The position numbers and the translations under genes are program-made. Source: the human T2T-CHM13v2.0 reference genome, Homo sapiens. Taken from it: a stretch of DNA of 64,000 nucleotides. Below the pieces are notes generated by a model that ran no database searches, was not told the origin of the DNA, and was given only the letters and a program-made list of their open reading frames with translations. Location: the NCBI RefSeq assembly GCF_009914755.1, contig NC_060936.1; one strand, written 5' to 3'. Numbering within the stretch: the stretch's first letter is position 1; each line of letters starts with the position of its first letter. Below, piece by piece: positions 18,746 through 32,284 of the stretch.

Positions 18746-19361
18746 TGTAGGGGGAAAGTGGAAGTTCCCCTTGACCCTCCAAAGTTTCATTGAAAAATCA
18801 AGTTGCAAAAGGCAGATTAATTAGAGAAAAAGCATATAAATTTATTTAATTTGCATGCACGGGAACCTTCAGAATGAAGACTCAAAGATACTGGGGAAAT
18901 TGTTCATTTGTATGCTTAGGTTCAATGAATCGTGGACAGCCATATAGAAAGATGATTGGAATAAAAGGGCGTGGTCTAATGCAATAGACTGAGTGGGGAA
19001 ACCCCGTGAGGTCTGTCTGTGCAGCATTTCTTCCTTCTGGGTATGAGGCAGGACCCTCTCCAGAATGGAGTTTTTTGACCTACAGTCAAACAAAGTTGGT
19101 CAGATAAGTTTTAATGGCCTGTTTTTACACAGAAAGGTGGAGGAAAAAATAGAAAATAAAAATGTTACAGTTTTAGGATTAATGGCTAGCTTTGGGGAAA
19201 ATGAGTTCTGGTTTCTATGACCTGTATTGGGCAAGAAAGATTCCAGCTTCTATGATTAGCCTTGAGAAGGAATGTGACAGAGACAGTGGGACAGGAGAAG
19301 GTCAGAGAAAACTTTTGCTTTTGAGTCCTTCAATTTGGTATATTGTTTTCTGAGCCCCAAT
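18746..19361 (-). mobile_element. ERV1 (MER4-group) solo LTR, subfamily uncertain
   Basis: AAAAGGCAGATTAATTAGAGAAAAAGCATATAAATTTATT is a typical antisense MER4-group LTR R region; about 600 bp. Confidence 0.6.
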
Positions 19362-19599
19362 ACTTGTATCAGTTTATTGCATCATTGTCTTAACTACACT
19401 TTTAGTATGTGAATACTGTGAACACAGGGCTTATGTATAAGATTTTTAAAGTAATGATATACTTCAAACATGTAAAAAATATTATATGCACTCCTGTATC
19501 TATGACACAGATAATTTTCTTTTGCTTCATTCCAGTCTCTCTGCCTTCCTTCATTTCTTCCTTCCATAACAAAGCACAATAGATGAAATTAAAACATAC

Positions 19600-22500
19600 A
19601 TTTATTCCCCACTGTCTGATTTCCCACTGTTTCTGTTGGGCAGAAGCCATCATCTTAACTTTTTTTTTCATATTTTTACTATCTATGCTTTAAAATTACC
19701 TAAAGAGAGCATATAATTCTGCAGTTTATTTACCTAGGATTTTTTCAATAAGTATCTATCTTGTTGATTAATGTAAATCTACTTCATTTTTGCTGAGTGT
19801 ATTGTATTCAGTTGTGTGAATACGTCATTTCCCTATAATTCTACATTAAGTCAATTCCATGATTTCACCATTAAAACCAACATTCTTGTACATAGCAAGA
19901 TCTTTTCCTAGATTATATATCTAGCAATGTGCTTCCTGAGTTTTAGATTTTTATACATTTTTAGCTTTAATAAATCTTGCGTAATGGATCTCTATAGATT
20001 TTTAACAATTTACTTACTCAGAACATTTCCATTTTTTCATATACCTTTAGACTGTTGACATCAGGAGACTTTCACATTTGCTAACCCAATGGGTGTTAAA
20101 AGTCTTCATTATTTTTTCAATTTGTATTTTTAAGTTCTAATAAATTTGTAATTATCTCTGTACATTTATAGACTATTCATGTTCACCTCTCATGAACTGC
20201 CAAGTCAAATCATCTCCTCATTTGGTTATTGTTTGCTTTGATTTTACTAATGGTGTATCCTGAGTACTAATCCTCTGTGGATTATATGCTCTATTAATAA
20301 ACTCAGTGTATGGTAAATTTTTACATATTCTTATATGTTTGTCTTTCAGAAATTTAAAATGTTATATAATCAATTTTTCTTTTATGGATTTTTTTTAAAA
20401 ATGAGCAATTCTATGCCATAAAAACAATTTTCTTCTTAATTTCATTTATTCTTTTTCCTGTTCTCCACATCTACCTTTACTTTATTTGTAATTTATTTTT
20501 AAATAGTTTTAGTTAGAACTATTTGTAATAATTACTATTTGTAACTATTTGTGATAATCTAATTTATTCATTTGTTTACTTTTCATAGATATAGCAATTT
20601 ATTCATAAGTCTATATTTTTCCTGAATGAGTATTTAAGGGCTTATAAAATGTCTGTTTTTCTTTCTCATTTTTTATAACACTGTATAACTTACACCAGTT
20701 TCTATGTAGTATTTACGTGACTCTCTTCCGGAATTTTCTATCATGTTTCATATTTTTACTTATTCTTACTATTAATCACCTCTAATTTCTTTAGAATTAC
20801 AATAACTTTCAATACCTACAGAACATTTCTTCCCATTGAGAGGTGACAGCGTGCTGGCAGTCCTCACAGCCCTGGCTCGCTCTCGGCGCCTCCTCTGCCT
20901 GGGCTCCCACTTTGGCGGCACTTAAGGAGCCCTTCAGCCCACCGCTGCACTGTGGGAGCCCGTTTTTGGGCTGGCCAAGGCCGGAGCAGGCTCCCTCAGC
21001 TTGCATGGAGGTGTGGAGGGAGAGGCGCGAGCGGGAACTGAGGCTGCGCAGGGCCCTTGAGGGCTAGCTGGACTTCCGGGTGGGCGTGGGCTTGGCGGCC
21101 CCGCACTCGGAGCAGCCAGCTGGCCCTGCCGGCCCGGAGCAATAAGGGGCTTAGCACCTGGGCCAGCGGCTGCGGTAGGTGTACTGGGTCCCCCAGCAGT
21201 GCCAGCCCGCCGGCGCTGTGCTCGGTTTCTCACCGGGCCTTAGCTGCCTTCCCGCGGGGCAGGGCTCGGGACCTGCAGCCCGCCATGCCTGAGCCTCCCA
21301 CCCCCTCCGTGGGCTCCGGAGCGGCCGGAGCCTCCCCGATGAGCGCCACCGCCTGCTCCACAGCGCCCAGTCCCATCGACCACCCAAGGGCTGAGGAGTG
21401 CGGGCGCAGGGCGCGGGACTGACAGGCAGCTCCACCTGTAGCCCCAGTGCGGGATCCACTGGGTGAAGCCAGCTGGGCTCCTGAGTCTGGTGGGGACGTG
21501 GAGAACCTTTATGTCTAGCCCAGGGATTGTAAGTACACCAATTGGCACTCTGTATCTAGCTCAAGGTTTGTAAACACAACAATCAGCACCTTGTGTCTAG
21601 CACAGGGTTTGTGAATGCACCAATCGACACTCTGTATCTAGCTACTCTGGTGGGGCCTTGGAGAACCTTTGTGTCCACACTCTGTATCTAGCTAATCTAG
21701 TGGGGAGGTGGAGAACCTTTGTGTCTAGCTCAGGGATTGTAAACGCACCAATCAGCGCCCTGTCAAAACAGACCACTGGGCTCTACCAATCAGCAGGATG
21801 TGGGTGGGGCCAGAAAAGAGAATAAAAGCAGGCTGCCCAAGCCGGCAGTGGCAATCCGCTGGGGTCTCCTTGCACAGTGTGGAAGCTTTGTTCTTTAGCT
21901 CTTTGCAATAAATCTTGCTGCTGCTCACTCTTTGGGTCCACACTGCCTTTATGAGCTGTAACACTCACCACGAAGGTCTGCAGCTTCACTCCTGAAGCCA
22001 GCGAGCCCACGAGCCCACCAGAAGGAAGAAGCTCCGAACACATCTGAACATCAGACGGAACAAACTCAGGATATGCCGCCTTTAAGAACTGTAACACTCA
22101 TGGCGAGGGTGGGCGGCTTCATTCTTGAAGTCAGTGAGACCAAGAACCCACCAATTCCAGACACACCATCTTATTCTTGTTTTTCAAAATATTCTTTACT
22201 ATTCTTGGTCCAGTGTTCAACTTGTGTGAATTTTAATCAAATTTTATGTTTTATGGAGAGCCCTGGTGGCATTTTGATGGGATTTTTACTTGTATTTACA
22301 GATTATTTTTGCGGGAATTGATATTTTCTAACGCTAAGCACCCCATATATGACTATAGTATAACTCCCCATTTATTTAGGTGTTGTTCATAATATTGAAT
22401 AAAATTTTGTAATTTTATTCATATAATTTTGAACTTTATTTTTCAGATTTATTCTTAGATAACATCATTTTTATTCTTTGGATGGTTTAAAAATAATTAT

Positions 22501-23000
22501 TCTACTTGCTACTTTATAATTGCTTTCTGCACGGCAACATTATTGATGATATACATAACCTTGATGATCAGGCTATATGTCTCTTAGTATATTAGTGGTA
22601 TTTGAAGGAAAATCAACCACTTCAGTGGGATTGCCAAGAACAAAATGTAACAGGGAGTTACATTTTTCATTACACAGTTTCTATAATGGAACTTTGTTAT
22701 GTTAATATTGCATTTGCAATCTTGCTGAACTCTCTTACTAGTTCTCATTATGTCCTTAGCTTTTCTTTAGTTTTCTGCAGAAACAACTTTATTCTCTTTG
22801 GTAAATGACTATTTTTCTTCCTTTTTAATTCTTGTGCTTTATTTTAGTTTCTTGTCTTATAGAATTGATCTTCTATTAAATATAAAAGAATCTTATATTT
22901 TTATCCTTTTATTTATCTAATTTTTGCTTTTCAGACCACTGATTACAAAATTAGCTTTTTTCAGAAATATACAAGGACTACGGTATGTCATAACAGCTTT
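19600..23000 (-). mobile_element. Highly decayed old L1M ORF2 fragments (host of the LTR12C)
   Basis: T-rich tract with scattered antisense L1 ORF2-like words (e.g. GGCATTTTGATGGGATT, CTTGCTGAACTCTCTTACTAGTTC); boundaries uncertain. Confidence 0.45.
20837..22165 (+). mobile_element. LTR12C (ERV9) solo LTR
   Basis: TGAGAGGTGACAGCGTGCTGGC...CCAATTCCAGACACA termini; CpG-rich U3; repeated CCAAT/TCTAGCT enhancer units; perfect 4-bp TSD CCAT 20833-20836 / 22166-22169. Confidence 0.95.
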
Positions 23001-24362
23001 CAAAGTAAGCATGGGTAAAAAAATGCTTCCTCTTTCTGTAAGCTTCCTACACACCAAAAAAAGCAGTTAGTATGTTTAACCTGATATCAGTTAAGGTTAG
23101 TCTGCTAATAATTGCCAAGCATCACTTCATTTCTTGGCTATACATTGCTCTAAATTTCCCGAAAGATTCTTTTTATTTTACTTGTTATATTTTTTTCTTG
23201 TCAATCCCACTGTGGTGGCTGACTTTCCTTCATATACCACTAATAACCTAAGAGACATACAGCCTGATCATCAAGTTTGTACCGATCTTCCAAAGGTACC
23301 TGTTAGGGAATATCACTGTTTCTGCTATCTACAATGTAAACCAGGTATTGGTGAAAGTAGCAACTATCATTTGTGCTAACTTATTTTTTTGTTATTGCAT
23401 ATAGTGATTGGCTTCTTTGAGCCTTGTTAGTGAGCTGTGCACCGCCCACAACATGCTGCTATTAACAAATCAGAGTTATAATGAAATAATATTTTTATTT
23501 AGCATGTTGCAGCTTAATAGGTGATTCAATTAATTCAATCAAGTCTGAGTATATCTAAATAATCCTTAGCTATTATCCACAGAATTATAGAAACAGCTCA
23601 CAACTTTTTGCCATTTACTTGACACCATATTGGCTAGAGATAAAGATTACATGCTTTCATTATATTAATATAAATGAATGGGATTTGGATCATAATCTTA
23701 AAAGACACAACCCCAAACACCATAATCCTGAATGTTGAAATCTCAAAAGGTCGAAATTCCCAACAGTCAAAATCCCTAAAGTCTAAAGTTCCTAACATCT
23801 AAAATCTCAAAAATTACTATCCCAAAAGATTAAAATCCCAAATGTTGAAATCCTGAAAACTGAATTCCAGGAAAGAGGTTCGGATGGTTAAGGTTGTATT
23901 CAGGTTAGTTGCATCATGTTAGGCACAACTATTAAATTATTATTGTCTTTATTTGTTTTTGTTTTTAATGTTTCTTTTTTTATTTCAATAGCTTTTGTGG
24001 TACAAATGGTTTTTGATTACTTAAATAAATTGTATAGTGGAGAGGTCTGAGATTTCAATGCTCCCATGACCTGAGTAGTAGTGTACATTTATTCAATATG
24101 TAGTTTTTTTTATCCTTTATCCTCTTCTCCCCTCCCCACCTACTGATTCTCCAGTGTCCGTTATACCACTCTGTATGCCTTTACATACCCATAGCTTAGC
24201 TCCCTCTTCTAAGTGGGAACATACAGTATTTGGTTTTCTCATCTTGAGTTATTTCACTTAGAATAATGGCCTCCAGCTCCATCCAAGTTGATGCAAAAGA
24301 TATTATTTCATTCTTAGTTATGGCTGATTAGTATTCCATTGTATGTGTGTGTCTGTGTGCGG

Positions 24363-24405
<43 letters not shown>

Positions 24406-24547
24406 AACACATTTTCTTTATCTACCCATCAGCTTATGGGCACTTAGGTTGGTTCCATTTCTTTGCAATTGTGAATTGTGTTGCAACAAACATATGTGTG
24501 CAGGTGTCTTTTTTATATAATTTCCTTTCCTTTGAAGAGATACCACT

Positions 24548-25127
24548 GGGATCCACTGGGTGAATCCAGCTGGGCTCCTGAGTCTGGTGGGGACTAGGAG
24601 AACCTTTATGTCTAGCTAAGGGATTGTAAATACAGGAATCAGCACTCTGTGTCTAGCTCAGGGATTGTAAATGCACCAGTCAGCACCCTGTCAAAACGGA
24701 CCAATCAGCTTTCTGTAAAACAGACCAGTCAGCTCTCTGTAAAATGGACAAATCAGCAGGATGTGGGTGGGGCCAGATAAGGGAATAAAAGCAGGCTGCC
24801 CCAGCCAGGAATGGCAACCCGCTTGGGTCCCTTTCCACACTGTGGATGGGTGGTTCTTTTGCTCTTTGCAGTAAATCTTGTTGCTGCTCACTCTTTGGGT
24901 CTGCACTGTCTTTATGAGCTGTAACACTCACCTGGAAGGTCTGCAGCTTCACTCCTGAGCCAGCGAGACTATGAACCCACAAGAAGGAAGAAACTCTGAA
25001 CACATCCAAACATCAAAAGGAACAAACTCCGGACACGCCAACCTTAAGAACTGTAACACTCACTGCGAGGGTCAGCGGCTTCTTTCTTGAAGTCAGTGAG
25101 ACCAAGAACCCACCAATTCCGGACACA
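24548..25127 (+). mobile_element. 5'-truncated LTR12 inside the L1PB
   Basis: Aligns to 21452-22165 of the upstream LTR12C and ends CCAATTCCGGACACA; the GC-rich 5' part is missing. Confidence 0.9.
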
Positions 25128-26819
25128 GAACCATCCCTGCATCCCTGGGATGAAACCCACTTGATCATGGTGAGTTATCTTTTTGATAAGCTGTTGGATT
25201 CAGTTTGCTAGGATTTTTGTTGAGGATTTTTGCATCTATATTCATCAAGGATATTTGTCAGCAGTTTTCTTTTTTTTTGTTTTGTTCTTTTCTGGCTTTG
25301 GTATCAGGGTGATGCTAGCTTCATAGAATGAGAAAAATTCAATCAGTAATATAAAAAAAATTATCACCACCACCAACAACAAAAATAAAAAAGAACGGAA
25401 GATGGATTCACAGCCAAATTATACCAGTAGTTTAAAATAATCTTTTGTTCTACTAGGTCCTACCAGTAGTACAAAAGAGAAAGTACTAGTAGTTTCAAAT
25501 GGAAAAAGTACTAGTAGTTTCAAAAGAAAAAGTACTAATAGTTTCAAATAATCTTTTGCATTTCCGTGGTGTTGGGAGTAATGTTTCCATTTTTATTTCT
25601 ATTTTAGTTTATTTGAATCTTCTCTCCTATTTTCTTGATTGATCTAGTGAATGTTGATCAATTTTGTTTATCTTTTCAAAGAACCAGCTTTTTGTTTTAT
25701 TGATCCTTTGTATTATTTGTGTGTTTCAATTTCATTTAGTTCTGCTCTGATCTTTGTTATTTCTTTTCTTCTGCTAGCTTTGGGTTTGGTTTGTTCTTGT
25801 TTCTCTAGTTCCTTGAGGTGTGACATTAGGTTGTTTATTCGTGATCTTTCAGACTTTTTGATGCAGGCATTTTGTGCTATAAACTTTTCTCTTAACACTG
25901 CTCTTGCTGTATCTCAGGGGTTTTGACAACTTGTGTCACTATTATAATTCATTTCAAAGAATTTTAAAATTTCAATCTTGATTTTATTGTAAACTCCAAA
26001 ACCACTCAGGAACAGATTGTTTAATTCGCATGTATTTGTGTAGTTTTAAAGATCCCTTATGGAATTTATTTATAGTTTTATACTCCACTGTGGTCTGCAA
26101 AGACACTTGATATGATTTTGATTTTTAAAAAAAATTTATTGACTTGTTTTGCAGCCTATAATAGGATCTATCTTAGAGAGTGTTCCATATGCTAATGAGA
26201 AAAATGTATATTCTGCAGTTCTTGGGTCGAACATTCTGTAAATTTTGTTAGGTACATTTATTCTAGAGTGCAGTTTAAGTCCAGTGTTTCCCTGCTTACT
26301 TTCTGCCTCGATAATCTGTCTAGTGCTATCGGTGGAGGATTGAAGTTCCCTATTATGACTGTGTTGCTATTTCTTTTCTAGGTATAGTAGTAATTGTTTT
26401 ATAAATTTGGGAGCTCCAGAGTTAGGTGCATGTATATTTAGGATTGTAATACCTTGTTGTTGGATTGATCCTTTTATCATTATATAATGACCTTCTTTGT
26501 CTCTTTTTACTGCTGTTGCTTTAAAGTCTGTTTTATCTGATATAAGAATAGCTACTCCTGCTGGTTTTTGGTTTCCATTTTCATGAAATATCTTTTTCCA
26601 CTCCTTTACCTTGAGTCTATTAAAATCATTACATGTTAGGTGACTCTTGAAGACAGTAGATATTGGTTTGTAAATTTTTAATCCATTCTGCCAATCCCTG
26701 TCTTTTCAGTGGAACATTTAGACCCATTTAAATTCAATGTTATTAATGAGATATGAGGTTCCAGTCATCATGTTGATTGTTACCCAGATACTTTGTTTTC
26801 TTCATTGTGTTACTGGTTT

Positions 26820-26904
26820 TTGTTTGTTTTTTAGAGTAAAGGGAAAGTAAGTTTATTGGGAATGTAAAGGAATAAAAGAATAACTACTCCATAGGCAGAG
26901 CAGC
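26820..26904 (-). mobile_element. Polyadenylated ERV1 (MER4-group) LTR R-region fragment with TSD
   Basis: Minus strand reads GCTGCTCTGCCTATGGAGTAG...CCCAATAAACTTACTTTCCCTTTACTCT followed by AAAAAACAAACAAAA; flanked by TGTGTTA(C/T)TG(G/T)TTT 26806-26819 / 26905-26918. Confidence 0.75.
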
Positions 26905-29900
26905 TGTGTTATTGTTTTATAAGGCTTGGGAATTTTATGCTTTCATGAAGTTTTATTCTGGTGCATATCAATCTTTTGTTTCAAGATTTAGGTTTTTTTT
27001 TTTTTATCATTTCCTATAGTGCTTGTTTGGTAGTGACAAATTCCCTCAGCATGTGTTCATCTGAAAGACTATTTATCTTTCATTTATGAAACTTAGTTTT
27101 GTTGGATACAGAATTCTTTGCTGATAGTTATTCTGTTTAGGGAGGCTAAAGACATGACCCTAGTCCCTTCTGGCTTGTAAGGTTTCTACTGAGAAGACTG
27201 CTGTTAATCTGATAGGTTTTCTTTATAGGTAACCTGATGCTTTTTATCTCACTGCTCTTGAAGTTCTTCACATTGGCTTTAGATAGCTTAATGGCTATAT
27301 GCCTTGGTGATGTCCTTTTTGCAATGAATCACCCAGGATTTCTGTTGTACTTAGATGTCTACATCTCTAGCAAAGGCAGAGAAGTTTTCCTCAATTATTT
27401 CCTCAAATGAGTTTTCCACACTTTTTGATTTTTCTTCTCCCTCAGGAACAACAATGATTTATATGTCTGGCTATTTTACATAATCTCATATTTCTTGGAG
27501 ACTTTATTTCTTTCAATTCTTTTTTCTTTATTTTTGCCTGATTGGGTTAATTCAAAAGTTTTGCCTTTGAACTTTAAAAAGCTTTCTTCTACTTGGTCTG
27601 ATCTATTGTTAAAGCTATCTGCTGCATTTTGTAATTACCTAAATGTTATTTTTCATTTCCAGAAGTTTTTATTGATTTTCCTTGAAAATATCTATCTCTA
27701 TAGAAAGTGTGCGTTCATATACTGATTTTTTTTCATTTCTCTATATTAGTTTTCACCTTTCTTTTGTATCTTTTTGACTGACTTAATAATCAACTTTTAA
27801 ATTCTTTATCTGGTATTTCAAAGATTTAATCTTGGTTTGGATCCATTGCTAGAGAGCTATGTGTTCTTTTGAGTATTAGAGAACCCTGTTTTGTCTTACT
27901 GCCAGAATTATTTTTCTGGTTTATTCTCACTTTGGTTGACTATTTTTTAAAAAATATTTTTAAATTTATTTTTGTTCAACTGTGTTTTAAAAAGATTTAT
28001 TTTTCCCCCTCAAAGATGTGAATTTAATAATTATAGTTTATTGTAACCTAATTTAGCTCTGGTTGCTATTAGGGGTGAAGAGTCATTAAGAGTTCCTTGA
28101 TTATGTTCTCTGTATGATGACTTTCTCAGATGCTGATTGTGGTAGCAATGTGCTTGGTGTGTGTGCAGCTTCTCTGTCTTCTGTGGAGTTGTAATGCCAG
28201 AAGTCTCTTGAAGCTTATCTTGTTCCTCATTGGTTTGCATTTTTTATTTATTTACTTTTTCCCCAGTATTTTATTTACTGGATAGAACAGTTCAGGCTTC
28301 AGGCTGTAGAGAAGGTGTCCTAGGGTAAAAACTAACTGTGGCTAAAGTAGGTGGGTGAATGCAATACCCAAGGGTGGACAGAGATCCCAGCCTTGACAGA
28401 GTAGCTGGGGGAGCTCTCGGTGAAATGCACTGAAGTCTTTTCAGAGGTAAGTGAGGGAGCCACTTCAGCTCCTCTGCCAGGCCGGGAGGAAAGGAATTGC
28501 ATCTTCCAGTTACTCTCTTGACCCAGTGTTCTGGCTGTTCAGCTCAGACAGGCCCCTGTTTTTCATCTGCAGAAATTCTGATGTTCATGTTGAGGAGTTG
28601 TGGTTCTACCCCTTATGGAAGCCTGAACCTGGAGGCCACTCCTCCTGTGAGGATATAGTCACCCTGAAGTGCTCCACAAGGGCTGTCCATAGATGCACCC
28701 ATGCCAAGGGCCCATGGGAAAATCCCCAACTATGTCTGCAGTGGTCAGCAAATGGAAAAAGAAGTACCATTTTCCAAGATCCTTCATGAGCACCAGGGCT
28801 GCTTGACTGTTAGGGTATAGCCATGAACTTTGCTAAGCACAGTGCTGCATCTGTGCCTCTACTGAAAGAAACTTCCCACCAAGAAAGTTCTGGGGCTGAA
28901 TTTTTTTATCCCAAGGGTCACTTACTCCCTTGATGTGGGTGCGCTCCTCCTTACCCTTGGAGTAGGAGTCCTTGAAGGCCAGACTCCTGTGAATCCTGCT
29001 ACTCCTTTGATCCAGCCATCCAGTGAGTGTCACTCTCCAGGCTGGTGCTGGGGAATGTCTGTGTGGGATCCAGTGATGTGACCTGTCTGCAAGTCCCCCA
29101 GCAGTGGTTAACCAGTACCAGCTCTGATGGGTGTGGCAGGGGAGTGACAGACTCTGTGAAATTCCTTGGTTATACATAGCCTTAGTGGGTTGTCTTTATC
29201 AGATGCCATTTGTAGTATTAATGAACTGGTCACAGGAACAGAGTCAGGACCTCCTGATTATCCAGGGTGCTATAGGCAATGGTGACAGCTGAGGTCACCC
29301 CACGAGGTTTCTCCTTCCTGGGCACTGTATTATTATATCTGCAGATGCTGTAATAGGCTGTGTCAGTTGGCCTCCAACCAGGAGGCAGCATTTGCAAAGG
29401 AGCATCAGCTGCAGTGGTAGTGGTGGGATTTGTGCTTGCCTTATGTTACCCAGTGGAGGTACTCTGCTGTTTCAGGCAATGGGCAGGGCCATAAAGCTCC
29501 CAAAAGTTTCTGTTCTTTGTGTTAAGCTACCAGAGTGGTTAGAGAGGCAAAGTCAAGTGTGGGCTGGTTCAGGCCCATTTGCACTCTGGTTCTCTATTTG
29601 TGGGTGCAAGCAGTGGCCTCAGTGGTCATCAGAGGGCAGTTCTCTGGTTGCTGAGGTAATGCTCCAAGGAGGAGTGCAGCTGCCTCTGATGCCCAGAAGA
29701 GTCTATACAGGAAGTAGGGATTAGTAGGCAGCAATGAGCCCCACCCAGCTCCCAGGCACTTGTCAAGGCAGGCCTCTTACCCACAGTGTTCTACGGGCTG
29801 CAGCTAGCTAGGTTCCAAATAGTTTGCACTCAGAACTCAAAACTGCCCCATGGAGACAGAAACCACAACTTTTAGGCCACGCTTCTCCCCGTGTGCCTGC

Positions 29901-31311
29901 AGAACAACGGTGCCTACCTCTTGCACCAATGGCTATTGTGCAGTTCCTACTTACTCCTTTGTTCTGGCCAAGGGGGTTCATCCCCATGCAAGATTATATT
30001 GTGAATCTCATTTGGGAGCTTCTCTCAACCTGTGACTGCTGTCTGAGTAAGCTGGCAGACTTCCCTGAGGTCCTCTGTGAGGTAGGATCAGGAATGGCTT
30101 CTCTGCATCCCTACTGGAGGTGGGGAGGAGTGCGTGCAAAGCATATCCAGAGCTTCTCCTTCTCATATTGTCCCCTTCTCATATCCTCGCCACTGCTTAC
30201 TAAATCAGCTTCAATGCTGAGTACGGTTAAGACCTTTCCCTGTGGATTGAATTGCCAGTTTTCCCAGCGGGAGTGTATGTGCCAGAGGCAGTTATTCTCC
30301 TCTCACACTCTGGGACTTTCAGTTTTCCACCTGTATCACAGTGTAGGCTGTAGCCCGCTGCTTATTTCAAAGGGTCTGCAGTTTCTTTCAGTTTCCGTGT
30401 TAAGTTCCTGTGTTGCTTCTTGGAAAAAAGTTCACAGTGTGAATCACTATACACTGTTTTGTTTTTCCAAGTAGGGAAACATGCTAACGGTGCTTCCAAT
30501 CTACCATTTTGGAGGAAAAAGCCAAAAAACAACTATTATCTTTATTTAGAAATTGAGTATTGTTTAAGGAGATGCATTTGAGTGCCTAGTTGACAACGAG
30601 TGGACTTGTGGACTAAATTTTAAATGAAAACTTGACTGGATTAAGGGATGCCTAGAAAACTGATAAAGTGTCATTTTGGGTCTATGAGGGTATTTCCAGA
30701 GGAGATTAGCGTGTGAGTCTGAGTGGACTAGGAAGGAAGACGTGTCCTTATTGTTGGCTGGCACCATCCAATCGGCCAGGGACATGGAGAGAACAGATGC
30801 AGAAAGATAATTTGTCTCTCTCTCAGAGCTGAAATGGAGTTTTCTTCTGCTCCCTTAGACATCAGGAATTTGACTCCACAAAAGTGCATTATCACAATGT
30901 TGACTTTGTGTGTAAGCATTGTGCATGTAGGTAAAAAGCTAAAACTTCCTCAGTAAACAAAGAGATGTTCTTTTCGTACATCTACATTTGTGAAGATATG
31001 ATTTCTGAAGATCTCTGCCCTTTGAGTGATGGCATATGTGGCGGTGACTCATTGTGGGTTTTGGATCAATCTCATCAAAAGACTTAGGTTGTCTGTCATG
31101 GTGTTTCAGACGACTGCAGTTATAAAGCTGGGAGCACAAAATTACCAATCATAGAGATACATGTTTATACATTTACTTGCTGACCTATTTCTTTATGAAT
31201 ATGATTTGTCTGTTTATAACCATCACACCCATGAGATTGTTTTTAGTATACCTGAGCATTTGTTTGCAAAAATATGTATATTATTATCGTCCATTTTATT
31301 GTGTAAAGTAG

Positions 31312-31636
<325 letters not shown>

Positions 31637-32284
31637 ATGTTCTGTCATTTTTATACAACTGTCAAATAAATCACCTCTTAAAAGTATCTTTGTATCTATT
31701 TTAAAATTATTTCTTCCGGAATTACATTTTTGGGATTTCGATCTTTCAGGATTTCAACATTTATAATTATGGTAATCGAGACTGTGTCTTTCAGGATTAT
31801 GATCAGCTGCTGAATTAATGATATGTGAGGTGAGTTGATTTGCAGTGAGGGTTACTTGAGAAGAAAGGAAAGCAGTTATTCCATTTATTTCTCTAATGAT
31901 TTAAAGGTCTCCAAAGAATGTATCTTATTGGTGATTATTTTTCATTTCTACTTCTCTCTTTTAGTTCTCTGAAAGACAGTTCTCTTTCTGATTCTCTTAT
32001 GAGTTTGAATATGATAGTCAGATAAAGAGCCCACAAAGATAAAAGTGGCTACGGTTTACAAGTCATATGTGGCCCTGCTTATTGGATAGGTACATTGTCA
32101 TAGGTGAAGTATTTCCATCACTCTCATTAACCACATTAAATTTTGGGCTGCTGATTAGGAGAAACTGATAGGCTGTAGTCACCTCATAGAATCTGGTTTT
32201 TATGATGGTTTTCTCATAAGTTTTTTAATGGAAATGAACATATTGCTTCTATCAGGTGAATAGTAATACTTAATACCTCTGAAT

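Larger units (their letters stand above)
23955..30533 (-). mobile_element. Near full-length L1PB-type LINE-1 with internal deletion and inversion
   Basis: L1PB1/2-like 3' end at about 23980; antisense ORF2 remnants ([34 protein letters not shown]); long GC-richer 5' UTR at about 28000-30510; TSD TATT(G/A)TCTTTATTT 23941-23954 / 30534-30547. Confidence 0.85.

Noticed and set aside
20837-25127. The two LTR12s as the ends of one ERV9 provirus
   Set aside because: The first has its own CCAT TSD, there is no PBS, and the interval is L1/Ricksha sequence.
25480-25548. Regularly spaced short repeats as a CRISPR-like array
   Set aside because: Only three nearly contiguous copies with no unique spacers, derived from adjacent L1 sequence in eukaryotic DNA.
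29824-30474. 216-aa ORF
   Set aside because: No recognisable domain, non-ATG start, and it lies antisense within the L1PB 5' UTR; most likely a chance ORF.
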